Of a stretch of 64,000 nucleotides of DNA, positions 51,001 to 63,100 are shown one piece after another. The position numbers were made by a program, and so were the translations under genes. The stretch spans positions 7,254,001 to 7,318,000 of the forward strand of contig CM102285.1 in assembly GCA_046563655.1 (NCBI GenBank), written 5' to 3'. Under the pieces are notes generated by a model that saw only the letters and a list, made by a program, of their open reading frames with translations, searched no databases and was not told where the DNA came from. The DNA comes from Yuukianura sp. NJ FZ-2021 (Eukaryota). Position 1 is the stretch's first letter. Each line of letters starts with the position of its first letter.

Positions 51001-53402
51001 TCTTTGACCCCCTAGGACTTTGGACTCCAGTTGTCACTTTACCGAAAGTACTTCTTCAACAAGCATGGAACGAGAACAAGACTTGGGATGAAGAAGTATC
51101 TACAGAAATGAAGACAGAATTCCTCAGTTGGTCCAAGGAATTCGCAGAAGTCAGTGACAAAGTTCAACTACCTCGAGACTGTACCAGTGGAACAACCAGA
51201 GACAACCGAAAGATCCAAATTCATGTGTTTGGTGATGCAAGTAAGAAGGCTTACGCAACGGTGGTGTTTCTTCGCATTGAAACTCAAGACGGTGTCAAAA
51301 TCCGATTTATTCAGGCGAAATCAAGAGTAGCACCACTGAAACCAACCACAATCCCCAGATTGGAGCTTCTTTCGTGTTGCATTTCAGCAAGACTGGTGAC
51401 AGCAATTAAGTCAGCATTAGACCTCGAAGACGACGTTCCGACTTTCCTTTGGACGGATTCCAGCACGGCCCTGTCGTGGATTCGCCGAAGTGACGAGTGG
51501 GGGACGTTCGTGGGGAATAGGGTCAAGGAGATCCTGAAGCTGACAAAAGTCGAAGACTGGAACCACATTCCGGGTTTGGAAAATCCGGCAGATCTGCCAT
51601 CCAGGGGGACTTCTCCGACCAGGTTCGTGTTGTCGCGATGGTGGGAGGGACCTGATTGGTTGAAATTGGAAAAGGAGATGTGGCCCAGATCAGAATCATC
51701 GGTGGACGAAGATGCAGTCAATCAGGAGCGAAAGAAGAGTATCGCGACACTCACGAACATTACTACTCCTGCGCCTGTCTCGTCACCATGGTATGTCACA
51801 AAGAATTCATTTCATCAGACTCTTCGTGTTTTTGCTTACGTCATCCGGTTTGTGAGTCTCTTGAAGAAGGAGTCTACAGAGAAGTCCGAGATTCCTACAA
51901 TCACAGAACTGGAAGAGGCAGAACGAAGATTGATCAAGATCATTCAGGAGGAATCATTTCCCATGGACAAAAGTGTCATTCAGGGTTTGAGAGTGCAAGT
52001 GGACTCAGATGGACTACTAAAAGTGAAAACCAAAGTGACTAATCGAGTTGACACAGACACTTTTAGGAAACCAATTTTACTTCCACATTCTCATCCCATT
52101 GTCAATCTCATCATCCGGGACACTCACATCTTCAACGCACACGGAGGAGCACAGCTGATGATGGCCAAGTTAAGAGAAAAATACTGGATCATCCAGGGCA
52201 GAAGAGCCATCAAGAAAGTTATAACAAAGTGCATCGTGTGTAAGAGATTTGATGGTAAGACAGTTGAAGTTGCGGCTAGTGCTCTACCGGAACCGAGGGT
52301 AAGGGAGGCCAGTGCCTTTGAAGTGACTGGAGTGGATCTGGCAGGCCCCTTAACTCTAAAGAACAGGAAGAAAGCATACATTGTCATGTTTACTTGTGCA
52401 GTGTTTCGGTGTGTTCACCTGGAGGTGACCGAATCATTGTCTACTGATGACTTTCTCCTCTCATTTATCAGATTCTGCAAAAGGAAACAACGGCCATCGA
52501 TCGTCTACTCCGACAACGGAACGAACTTCGTCGGAGCAGTGAATCTGTTCAAGGAGATCGACTGGGACGTTGTTCAACAGAAGACGCAGAAACAGAAAAT
52601 CAAATGGATCTTCAATCCACCTTCCGCACCGTGGTGGGGCGGATGGTGGGAGAGGCTCATCAAGAGCACCAAGGATCTTCTCCGTAGGATGCTTGGATTC
52701 CAGAAGTTGACTTACGTTCAATTGGAAACAGCCCTGTGCGAAGTGGAAGCTGCGGTGAACCACAGACCAATGACGTATGTCACAGAAGACCAAGATGACT
52801 TTGTACCATTGACCCCGGCCATGTTCATCCATAATCTTCCGAATTGTGAAGTGCCGGAGGCTCAACTGATCATACCGAATACCCTTGGACAAGAAAAGAA
52901 GTGGCTGGACCAATTACTACAAGAAGTGAAACAGCGTTTTCGTTCTGAGTACTTGGGTCAGTTAGTCCAACGGGGCAAGGAACAGAAGACCAGGACTTTC
53001 AGCATTGGAGAAATCGTGCTCATTGAAGTGGACAATAAGAAGCGGATTTTCTGGCCAATGGGGAGGATTCTGGAGCTGCTTCCTGGGAAGGATGGAGAAA
53101 TTCGGGTAGCCAGATTGAAGACGAAGAATGGAGAGCTGCTACGTCCCATCCAACGACTCGTGCCATTGGAATTAAGACATGACGAGATACCGGAGCCACC
53201 AGTCAAGACAGCCGAGAGCGTCAGTGTCAAGACAGCCGAGAGCTCCAACGTCATCGAAGAATCTGCAGTGGATAGTGACAGCGACACTTACTGCGAGTGT
53301 CTGCCGTGCCAAGACGAAGACGAGGTCACCACTGCAGAACCAGAACAGAAGACTACAAGAAGCGGACGGACCATTCGGAAACCGATTCGCTATGGTATTT
53401 GA
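48066..53402 (+). CDS. BEL/Pao gag-pol polyprotein (1778 aa)
   Basis: DUF1759-type gag (KLPKTEL..YSG...W..W..F), three CCHC knuckles, aspartic protease (LLDCGSQ), RT (DIRKAFL, LYVDN), Pao RNase H (FGDASKKAY, TIPRLEL) and integrase (HxxxxH..CxxC, GVDLAGP, SDNGTNF, WWGGWWER). Confidence 0.97.
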   Translation: MDRAKRARDMKRLDVADLTANLESELQRESISEEDVITALSMLDDAMNSLVDLNEQVETFLLDDESTSTEMLDTERRANNDIKRKATLIKIKAERTLHPPVKSQNRSSNDDGASSTSRHRKMKLPKTELRKYSGELVDWIGWWSQFKKIDDDDEIHVVDKFGYLVQCMVRGSKAEEVVKRYPESAENYPKALEALKERFGNPKLLKQVYVRELMKLMWDTWAKEKKPLDILYGKLEASLQSLQSLGVSVDNMVELLFPMVESCLPEDILVAWQRSSDFGRDGSKENPPKSELDFLLAFLKREAGNKEQRALTQIGFGPGPSQKKKNHSSPREEDDVPTAAGLFSGQFENKERSQCLFCEKQHPSKECFKAQKMTLEDRKEVIKKKGVCFSCLKGGHRANKCRSTPQCLVCGKKHLVLLCPQISSSTRGSSDGKDKDDGKKNQTVLSSLNCTSEVVLQTLIVQLENPVSHKKKNVRVLLDCGSQKSYILDCTAKELDLDQKDTVVMNHSLFGGTNVVGNKHSIYKVLIGSVSSKFSVPLLLLDQHQICGAIPRITPGPWMKMLRDRGIVLNDFDPKNPVEIEVLLGADTIGQFLTGKIFRLKNGLTATETRLGWTVMGATGRQSNSEDVAMTVVSMTIASSTVAQLWSLDVLGIRDPVEKKTQEDREREAIENFQKTVTTDPEGRYTVSLPWINGSQSLPTNRAVAQKRLENTTRKLVSLNRFSDYDKVFQEWESEGIISVVEDLGDSESVPCHYVPHRAVFKASITTPVRPVFDASCKTGRNPSLNECLEKGPNLLELLPSILLRFRMGKIGVIADIRKAFLMIDVKESDRDFLRFLWWEDQERQKVKVFRHNRVVFGMNCSPFLLGAVVFHHLNQHRCENPEVVSLIERSLYVDNVALTVDSDSDYEKVKSVSSDIFSQATMDLRQWERTGVWTDQIITSVLGMKWDKKADTIFCDVIPSVIPLKVTKRVILSQLQKLFDPLGLWTPVVTLPKVLLQQAWNENKTWDEEVSTEMKTEFLSWSKEFAEVSDKVQLPRDCTSGTTRDNRKIQIHVFGDASKKAYATVVFLRIETQDGVKIRFIQAKSRVAPLKPTTIPRLELLSCCISARLVTAIKSALDLEDDVPTFLWTDSSTALSWIRRSDEWGTFVGNRVKEILKLTKVEDWNHIPGLENPADLPSRGTSPTRFVLSRWWEGPDWLKLEKEMWPRSESSVDEDAVNQERKKSIATLTNITTPAPVSSPWYVTKNSFHQTLRVFAYVIRFVSLLKKESTEKSEIPTITELEEAERRLIKIIQEESFPMDKSVIQGLRVQVDSDGLLKVKTKVTNRVDTDTFRKPILLPHSHPIVNLIIRDTHIFNAHGGAQLMMAKLREKYWIIQGRRAIKKVITKCIVCKRFDGKTVEVAASALPEPRVREASAFEVTGVDLAGPLTLKNRKKAYIVMFTCAVFRCVHLEVTESLSTDDFLLSFIRFCKRKQRPSIVYSDNGTNFVGAVNLFKEIDWDVVQQKTQKQKIKWIFNPPSAPWWGGWWERLIKSTKDLLRRMLGFQKLTYVQLETALCEVEAAVNHRPMTYVTEDQDDFVPLTPAMFIHNLPNCEVPEAQLIIPNTLGQEKKWLDQLLQEVKQRFRSEYLGQLVQRGKEQKTRTFSIGEIVLIEVDNKKRIFWPMGRILELLPGKDGEIRVARLKTKNGELLRPIQRLVPLELRHDEIPEPPVKTAESVSVKTAESSNVIEESAVDSDSDTYCECLPCQDEDEVTTAEPEQKTTRSGRTIRKPIRYGI

Positions 53403-53631
53403 AATCATCGTTTTAGATAAGTGTTAATTTTAAGGATTGATTTCAGTTTTAATTTTAATTTAGAGTTTAAGTTTTGTTTTCATTTCATTTTTAGGTTAAG
53501 TGTTTTGGTTATTATTTTTTAACTTAAGGCACTTTCCCCTTTGTTTTGGTGCTAAGCCATAACGTGTTATTTTGATTTTTTAATTTTTGACTTTCCCTTT
53601 CGTTAGCACTAAAGGCAAAGGTGGGAGTAAA

Positions 53632-54137
53632 TGTAGGATAAGTTGGCATTTCTATTTTTACTTAAGCATAACTTTAAGTTTCCCGCCCTTTTAAACGAAA
53701 GGTCAGTTTTTCTTGAGACTTTGTGGGCCTATAGGTTTAAGTATTTATAGTGTTTCCTATAAGTTATAGCTTCGCCATAAGTCGCGTTTGTGTATAGTGG
53801 GTGGAGATAGGGTGCGACGTTAGCGTCTGGCGTCTGGCCTTCGGCTATTCTGTCTTTTCTCCTCTCCCTCCTTTTGTGTGTTCCCATAAGCATAAGAATA
53901 AGTATAAATAAGAAAAAAGACAAGATTCAGACTTTGAAGAGACAACACATAAGTTAAGTTTCTAAGTTGTCAATAATTGGATTTAATTGGTAAAGAATAT
54001 TAATAAACTAGTAAAACTAACATCCACCACAGTCCAATCGATCAGTCCATTAAGCAGCGTTTGAGAGCCGGCCAAGTTACAGAACTCCCATTGATATAGC
54101 GTAATCGACGGGTAGTTGGTTAGCGCTATATTCTACA
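53632..54137 (+). repeat. 3' LTR (506 bp)
   Basis: By eye it differs from the 5' LTR by one substitution and small indels in an A-rich stretch. Confidence 0.95.
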
Positions 54138-57100
54138 CCCAGTATCGTCCCGGAGTGCAACTTTCTTGAATTTGTTGTTTTGAAATATGAATTTTCATAA
54201 ATAAAGGTAACAAGATGAGGGACGACACAGCAAGTGAAAGTGGGTTACTGTAGCACTTTTTATGAGGAATTCAGAAATGTAGTTGACTTTTACCCAGCAT
54301 CGTTCCGGAATGCATTTCTTTTGAATTCTTTGTTTTGAAACATGAATTTTCATAAATAAAGGTAACAAGATGAGGGACGACACAGCAAGTGAAAGTGGGT
54401 TCCTGTAGCACTTTTTATGAGGATTTCAAAAATGTAATCTACTCTTCGTTCATTCTCACATTTGCATGTTCATTCTCACAAATTTAAGTCGTTTTACGTC
54501 GAAATGGTGCTCGGCATTACCCTGGGTGCGGTATAAAAACCCCAGATAAAATTCGAGGCGGAGCGATTAATCCCGACTTTTAAGTCCGCTCTATCCAGTT
54601 TAATGGCGATCTATCCACACCAATTAAACTTGGGGTCCTGCAGTACTTTTCAGGAGGAGTTCAGACAAGTAAGTCATTTTCACCCGGCATCGTTCCGCTC
54701 TGAGGTTTTTCGAATGCTTCGTTTTGAAACAAATTTTCATAAATAAAAGTAACAAGATGAGGGACGACACAGCAAGTGAAATTGGGTTCATGTAGCCTTT
54801 TTTAAGAGGATTTCAAAACTGTAGTTGACTTTTACAAAGTATCATTCCGGAGTGCAACTTTCTTGAAATGTTGTTTTGAAACATGAATTTTCATAAATAA
54901 AGGTAACAAGATGAGGGACGACACAGCAAGTGAAAGTGGGTTCCTGTAGCACTTTTTATGAGGAATTCAGAAATGTAGTTGACTTTTACCCAGCATCGTT
55001 ACGGAATGCATTTCTTTTGAATTCTTTGTTTTGAAACATGAATTTTCAAAAATAAAGGTAACAAGCTGAGGGACGGCACAGCAAGTGAAAGTGGGTTCCT
55101 GTAGCACTTTTTATGAGGATTTCAAAAATGTAATTTACTTTTCGTTCATTCTCACATTTGCCTGTTCATTCTCACAAACTTAAGTCGTTTTACGTCAAAA
55201 TGGTGCTCGGCATTACCCTGGGTGCGGTATAAAAACCCCAGATAAAATTCGAGGCGGAGCGATTAATCCCGACTTTAAATTCCGCTCTATCCAGCTTTAA
55301 TGGCGATCTATCCACACCAATTAAACTTAGGGTCCTGCAGTACTTTTCAGGAGGAGTTCAGAAAAGTAAGTCATTTTCACCCGGCATCGTTCCGCACTGA
55401 GGTTTTCGAATGCTTTGTTTTGAAACAAATTTTCATAAATAAAAGTAACGAGATGAGGGACGACACAGCAAGTGAAATTGGGTTCATGTAGCCTTTTTTA
55501 TGAGGATTTCAAAACTGTAGTTGACTTTTACCCAGTATCGTTCCGGAGTGCAACTTTCTTGAAATGTTGTTTTGAAACATGAATTTTCATAAATAAAGGT
55601 AACAAGATGAGGGACGACACAGCAAATGAAAGTGGGTTCCTGTAGCACTTTTTATGAGGAATTCAGAAATGTAGTTGACTTTTACCCAGCATCGTTCCGG
55701 AATGCATTTCTTTTGAATTCTTTGTTTTGAAACATGAATTTTCATAAATAAAGGGAACAAGATGAGTGACGACACAGCAAGTGAAAGTGGGTTCCTGTAG
55801 CACTTTTTATTAGGATTTCAAAAATGTAATCTACTCTTCGTTCATTCTCACATTTGCATGTTCATTCTCACAAATTTAAGTCGTTTTACGTCGAAATGGT
55901 GCTCGGCATTACCCTGGGTGCGGTATAAAAACCCCAGATAAAATTCGAGGCGGAGCGATTAATCCCGACTTTTAAGTCCGCTCTATCCAGCTTTAATGGC
56001 GATCTATGCACACCAATTAAACTTGGGGTCCTGCAGTACTTTTCAGGAGGAGTTCAGACAAGTAAGTCATTTTCACCCGGCATCGTTCCGCTCTGAGGTT
56101 TTTCGAATGCTTCGTTTTGAAAAAATTTTCATAAATAAAAGTAACAAGATGAGGGACGACACAGCAAGTGAAATTGGATTCATGTAGCCTTTTTTATGAG
56201 GATTTCAAAACTGTAGTTGACTTTTACCTAGTATCGTTCCGGAGTGCAACTTTCTTGAATTTGTTGTTTTGAAACATGAATTTTCATAAATAAAGGTAAC
56301 AAGATGAGGGACGACACAGCAAGTGAAAGTGCGTTCCTGTAGCACTTTTTATGAGGAATTCAGAAATGTAGTTGACTTTTACCCAGCATCGTTACGGAAT
56401 GCATTTCTTTTGAATTCTTTGTTTTGAAACATGAATTTTCAAAAATAAAGGTAACAAGCTGAGGGACGACACAGCAAGTGAAAGTGGGTTCCTGTAGCAC
56501 TTTTTATGAGGATTGAAAAATGTAATTTACTTTTCGTTCATTCTCACATTTGCCTGTTCATTCTCACAAACTTAAGTCGTTTTACGTCAAAATGGTGCTC
56601 GGCATTACCCTGGGTGCGGTATAAAAACCCCAGATAAAATTCGAGGCGGAGCGATTAATCCCGACTTTTAAGTCCGCTCTATCCAGCTTTAATGGCGATC
56701 TATGCACACCAATTAAACTTGGGGTCCTGCAGTACTTTTCAGGAGGAGTTCAGACAAGTAAGTCATTTACACCCGGCATCGTTCCGCTCTGAGGTTTTTC
56801 GAATGCTTCGTTTTGAAACAAATTTTCATAAATAAAAGTAACAAGATGAGGGACGACACAGCAAGTGAAATTGCGTTCATGTAGCCTTTTTTATGAGGAT
56901 TTCAAAACTGTAGTTGACTTTTACCCAGTATCGTTCCGGAGTGCAACTTTCTTGAATTTGTTGTTTTGAAACATGAATTTTCATAAATAAAGGTAACAAG
57001 ATGAGGGACGACACAGCAAGTGAAAGTGGGTTCCTGTAGCACTTTTTATGAGGAATTCAGAAATGTAGTTCACTTTTACCCAGCATCGTTACGGAATGCA

Positions 57101-60100
57101 TTTCTTTTGAATTCTTTGTTTTGAAACATGAATTTTCAAAAATAAAGGTAACAAGCTGAGGGACGACACAGCAAGTGAAAGTGGGTTCCTGTAGCACTTT
57201 TTATGAGGATTTCAAAAATGTAATTTACTTTTCGTTCATTCTCACATTTGCCTGTTCATTCTCACAAACTTAAGTCGTTTTACGTCAAAATGGTGCTCGG
57301 CATTACCCTGGGTGCGGTATAAAAACCCCAGATAAAATTCGAGGCGGAGCGATTAATCCCGACTTTAAATTCCGCTCTATCCAGCTTTAATGGCGATCTA
57401 TCCACACCAATTAAACTTGGGGTCCTGCAGTACTTTTCAGGAGGAGTTCAGAAAAGTAAGTCATTTTCACCCGGCATCGTTCCGCACTGAGGTTTTCGAA
57501 TGCTTTGTTTTGAAACAAATTTTCATAAATAAAAGTAACGAGATGAGGGACGACACAGCAAGTGAAATTGGGCTCATGTAGCCTTTTTTATGAGGATTTC
57601 AAAACTGTAGTTGACTTTTACCCAGTATCGTTCCGGAGTGCAACTTTCTTGAATTTGTTGTTTTGAAACATGAATTTTCATAAATAAAGGTAACAAGATG
57701 AGGGACGACACAGCAAGTGAAAGTGGGTTCCTGTAGCACTTTTTATGAGGAATTCAGAAATGTAGTTGACTTTTACCCAGCATCGTTCCGGAATGCATTT
57801 CTTTTGAATTCTTTGTTTTGAAACATGAATTTTCATAAATAAAGGGAACAAGATGAGTGACGACACAGCAAGTGAAAGTGGGTTCCTGTAGCACTTTTTA
57901 TTAGGATTTCAAAAATGTAATCTACTCTTCGTTCATTCTCACATTTGCATGTTCATTCTCACAAATTTAAGTCGTTTTACGTCGAAATGGTGCTCGGCAT
58001 TACCCTGGGTGCGGTATAAAAACCCCAGACAAAATTCGAGGCGGAGAGATTAATCCCGACTTTTAAGTCCGCTCTATCCAGCTTTAATGGCGATCTATGC
58101 ACACCAATTAAACTTGGGGTCCTGCAGTACTTTTCAGGAGGAGTTCAGACAAGTAAGTCATTTTCACCCGGCATCGTTCCGCTCTGAGGTTTTTCGAATA
58201 CTTCGTTTTGAAACAAATTTTCATAAATAAAAGTAACGAGATGAGGGACGACACAGCAAGTGAAATTGGGCTCATGTAGCCTTTTTTATGAGGATTTCAA
58301 AACTGTAGTTGACTTTTACCCAGTATCGTTCCGGAGTGCAACTTTCTTGAATTTGTTGTTTTGAAACATGAATTTTCATAAATAAAGGTAACAAGATGAG
58401 GGACGACACAGCAAGTGAAAGTGGGTTCCTGTAGCACTTTTTATGAGGAATTCAGAAATGTAGTTGACTTTTACCCAGCATCGTTCCGGAATGCATTTCT
58501 TTTGAATTCTTTGTTTTGAAACATGAATTTTCATAAATAAAGGGAACAAGATGAGTGACGACACAGCAAGTGAAAGTGGGTTCCTGTAGCACTTTTTATT
58601 AGGATTTCAAAAATGTAATCTACTCTTCGTTCATTCTCACATTTGCATGTTCATTCTCACAAATTTAAGTCGTTTTACGTCGAAATGGTGCTCGGCATTA
58701 CCCTGGGTGCGGTATAAAAACCCCAGACAAAATTCGAGGCGGAGAGATTAATCCAGACTTTTAAGTCCGCTCTATCCAGCTTTAATGGCGATCTATGCAC
58801 ACCAATTAAACTTGGGGTCCTGCAGTACTTTTCAGGAGGAGTTCAGACAAGTAAGTCATTTTCACCCGGCATCGTTCCGCTCTGAGGTTTTTCGAATACT
58901 TCGTTTTGAAACAAATTTTCATAAATAAAAGTAACAAGATGAGGGACGACACAGCAAGTGAAATTGGGTTCATGTAGCCTTTTTTATGAGGATTTCAAAA
59001 CTGTAGTTGACTTTTACAAAGTATCATTCCGGAGTGCAACTTTCTTGAAATGTTGTTTTGAAACATGAATTTTCATAAATAAAGGTAACAAGATGAAGGA
59101 CGACACAGCAAATGAAAGTGGTTTCCTGTAGCACTTTTTATGAGGAATTCAGAAATGTAGTTGACTTTTACCCAGCATCGTTCCGGAATGCATTTCTTTT
59201 GAATTCTTTGTTTTGAAACATGAATTTTCATAAATAAAGGGAACAAGATGAGTGACGACACAGCAAGTGAAAGCGGGTTCCTGTAGCACTTTTTATGAGG
59301 ATTTCAAAAATGTAATCTACTCTTCGTTCATTCTCACATTTGCATGTTCATTCTCACAAATTTAAGTCGTTTTACGTCGAAATGGTGCTCGGCATTACCC
59401 TGGGTGCGGTATAAAAACCCCAGATAAAATTCGAGGCGGAGCGATTAATCCCGACTTTTAAGTCCGCTCTATCCAGCTTTAATGGCGATCTATGCACACC
59501 AATTAAACTTGGGGTCCTGCAGTACTTTTCAGGAGGAGTTCAGAAAAGTAAGTCATTTTCACCCGGCATCGTTCCGCTCTGAGGTTTTTCGAATGCTTCG
59601 TTTTGAAACAAATTTTCATAAATAAAAGTAACGAGATGAGGGACGACACAGCAAGTGAAATTGGGCTCATGTAGCCTTTTTTATGAGGATTTCAAAACTG
59701 TAGTTGACTTTTACCCAGTATCGTTCCGGAGTGCAACTTTCTTGAATTTGTTGTTTTGAAACATGAATTTTCATAAATAAAGGTAACAAGATGAGGGACG
59801 ACACAGCAAGTGAAAGTGGGTTCCTGTAGCACTTTTTATGAGGAATGCAGAAATGTAGTTGACTTTTACCCAGCATCGTTCCGGAATGCATTTCTTTTGA
59901 ATTCTTTGTTTTGAAACATGAATTTTCATAAATAAAGGGAACAAGATGAGTGACGACACAGCAAGTGAAAGCGGGTTCCTGTAGCACTTTTTATGAGGAT
60001 TTCAAAAATGTAATCTACTCTTCGTTCATTCTCACATTTGCATGTTCATTCTCACAAACTTAAGTCGTTTTACGTCAAAATGGTGCTCGGCATTACCCTG

Positions 60101-63100
60101 GGTGCGGTATAAAAACCCCAGATAAAATTCGAGGCGGAGCGATTAATCCCGACTTTAAATTCCGCTCTATCCAGCTTTAATGGCGATCTATCCACACCAA
60201 TTAAACTTGGGGTCCTGCAGTACTTTTCAGGAGGAGTTCAGAAAAGTAAGTCATTTTCACCCGGCATCGTTCCGCACTGAGGTTTTTCGAATGCTTTGTT
60301 TTGAAACAAATTTTCATAAATAAAAGTAACGAGATGAGGGACGACACAGCAAGTGAAATTGGGTTCATGTAGCCTTTTTTATGAGGATTTCAAAACTGTA
60401 GTTGACTTTTACCCAGTATCGTTCCGGAGTGCAACTTTCTTAAATTTGTTGTTTTGAAACATGAATTTTCATAAATAAAGGTAACAAGATGAGGGCGACA
60501 CAGCAAGTGAAAGTGGGTTACTGTAGCACTTTTTATGAGGAATTAAGAAATGTAGTTGACTTTTACCCAGCATGGTTCCGGAATGCATTTCTTTTGAATT
60601 CTTTGTTTTGAAACATGAGTTTTCATAAATAAAAGGAACAAGATGACGGACGACACAGCAAGTGAAAGTGGGTTGCGTAGCACTTTTTACGAGGAATTCA
60701 GAAATGTAGTTGACTTTTACCCAGCATCGTTCCGGAATGCATTTCTTTTGAATTCTTTGTTTTGAAACATGAATTTTCATAAATAAAGGGAACAAGATGA
60801 GTGACGACACAGCAAGTGAAAGTGGGTTCCTGTAGCACTTTTTATGAGGATTTCAAAAATGTAATCTACTCTTCGTTCATTCTCACATTTGCATGTTCAT
60901 TCTCACAAATTTAAGTCGTTTTACGTCGAAATGGTGCTCGGCATTACCCTGGGTGCGGTATAAAAACCCCAGATAAAATTCGAGGCGGAGCGATTAATCC
61001 CGACTTTTAAGTCCGCTCTATCCAGCTTTAATGGCGATCTATGCACACCAATTAAACTTGGGGTCCTGCAGTACTTTTCAGGAGGAGTTCAGACAAGTAA
61101 GTCATTTTCACCCGGCATCGTTCCGCTCTGAGGTTTTTCGAATGCTTCGTTTTGAAACAAATTTTCATAAATAAAAGTAACAAGATGAGGGACGACACAG
61201 CAAGTGAAATTGGGTTCATGTAGCCTTTTTTATGAGGATTTCAAAACTGTAGTTGACTTTTACAAAGTATCATTCCGGAGTGCAACTTTCTTGAAATGTT
61301 GTTTTGAAACATGAATTTTCATAAATAAAGGTAACAAGATGAAGGACGACACAGCAAATGAAAGTGGTTTCCTGTAGCACTTTTTATGAGGAATTCAGAA
61401 ATGTAGTTGACTTTTACCCAGCATCGTTCCGGAATGCATTTCTTTTGAATTCTTTGTTTTGAAACATGAATTTTCATAAATAAAGGTAACAAGATGAGGG
61501 ACGACACAGCAAGTGAAAGTGGGTTCCTGTAGCACTTTTTATGAGCATTTCAAAAATGTAATTTACTTTTCGTTCATTCTCACATTTGCCTGTTCATTCT
61601 CACAAACTTAAGTCGTTTTACGTCAAAATGGTGCTCGGCATTACCCTGGGTGCGGTATAAAAACCCCAGATAAAATTCGAGGCGGAGCGATTAATCCCGA
61701 CTTTAAATTCCGCTTTATCCAGCTTTAATGGCGATCTATCCACACCAATTAAACTTGGGGTCCTGCAGTACTTTTCAGGAGGAGTTCAGAAAAGTAAGTC
61801 ATTTTCACCCGGCATCGTTCCGCACTGAGGTTTTTCGAATGCTTTGTTTTGAAACAAATTTTCATAAATAAAAGTAACGAGATGAGGGACGACACAGCAA
61901 GTGAAATTGGGTTCATGTAGCCTTTTTTATGAGGATTTCAAAACTGTAGTTGACTTTTACCCAGTATCGTTCCGGAGTGCAACTTTCTTAAATTTGTTGT
62001 TTTGAAACATGAATTTTCATAAATAAAGGTAACAAGATGAGGGCGACACAGCAAGTGAAAGTGGGTTACTGTAGCACTTTTTATGAGGAATTAAGAAATG
62101 TAGTTGACTTTTACCCAGCATGGTTCCGGAATGCATTTCTTTTGAATTCTTTGTTTTGAAACATGAGTTTTCATAAATAAAAGGAACAAGATCACGGACG
62201 ACACAGCAAGTGAAAGTGGGTTGCGTAGCACTTTTTACGAGGAATTCAGAAATGTAGTTGACTTTTACCCAGCATCGTTCCGGAATGCATTTCTTTTGAA
62301 TTCTTTGTTTTGAAACATGAATTTTCATAAATAAAGGGAACAAGATGAGTGACGACACAGCAAGTGAAAGTGGGTTCCTGTAGCACTTTTTATGAGGATT
62401 TCAAAAATGTAATCTACTCTTCGTTCATTCTCACATTTGCATGTTCATTCTCACAAATTTAAGTCGTTTTACGTCGAAATGGTGCTCGGCATTACCCTGG
62501 GTGCGGTATAAAAACCCCAGATAAAATTCGAGGCGGAGCGATTAATCCCGACTTTTAAGTCCGCTCTATCCAGCTTTAATGGCGATCTATGCACACCAAT
62601 TAAACTTGGGGTCCTGCAGTACTTTTCAGGAGGAGTTCAGACAAGTAAGTCATTTTCACCCGGCATCGTTCCGCTCTGAGGTTTTTCGAATGCTTCGTTT
62701 TGAAACAAATTTTCATAAATAAAAGTAACAAGATGAGGGACGACACAGCAAGTGAAATTGGGTTCATGTAGCCTTTTTTATGAGGATTTCAAAACTGTAG
62801 TTGACTTTTACAAAGTATCATTCCGGAGTGCAACTTTCTTGAAATGTTATTTTGAAACATGAATTTTCATAAATAAAGGTAACAAGATGAAGGACGACAC
62901 AGCAAATGAAAGTGGTTTCCTGTAGCACTTTTTATGAGGAATTCAGAAATGTAGTTGACTTTTACCCAGCATCGTTCCGGAATGCATTTCTTTTGAATTC
63001 TTTGTTTTGAAACATGAATTTTCATAAATGAAGGGAACAAGATGAGTGACGACACAGCAAGTGAAAGTGGGTTCCTGTAGCACTTTTTATGAGGATTTCA

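Larger units (their letters stand above)
47351..54137 (+). mobile_element. Full-length BEL/Pao LTR retrotransposon
   Basis: TG...CA LTRs at 47351-47853 and 53632-54137, 5-bp TSD CCCAG (47346-47350 and 54138-54142), PBS-like tggtgaccc at 47858, purine tract at 53611-53631, and one intact ORF. Confidence 0.97.
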
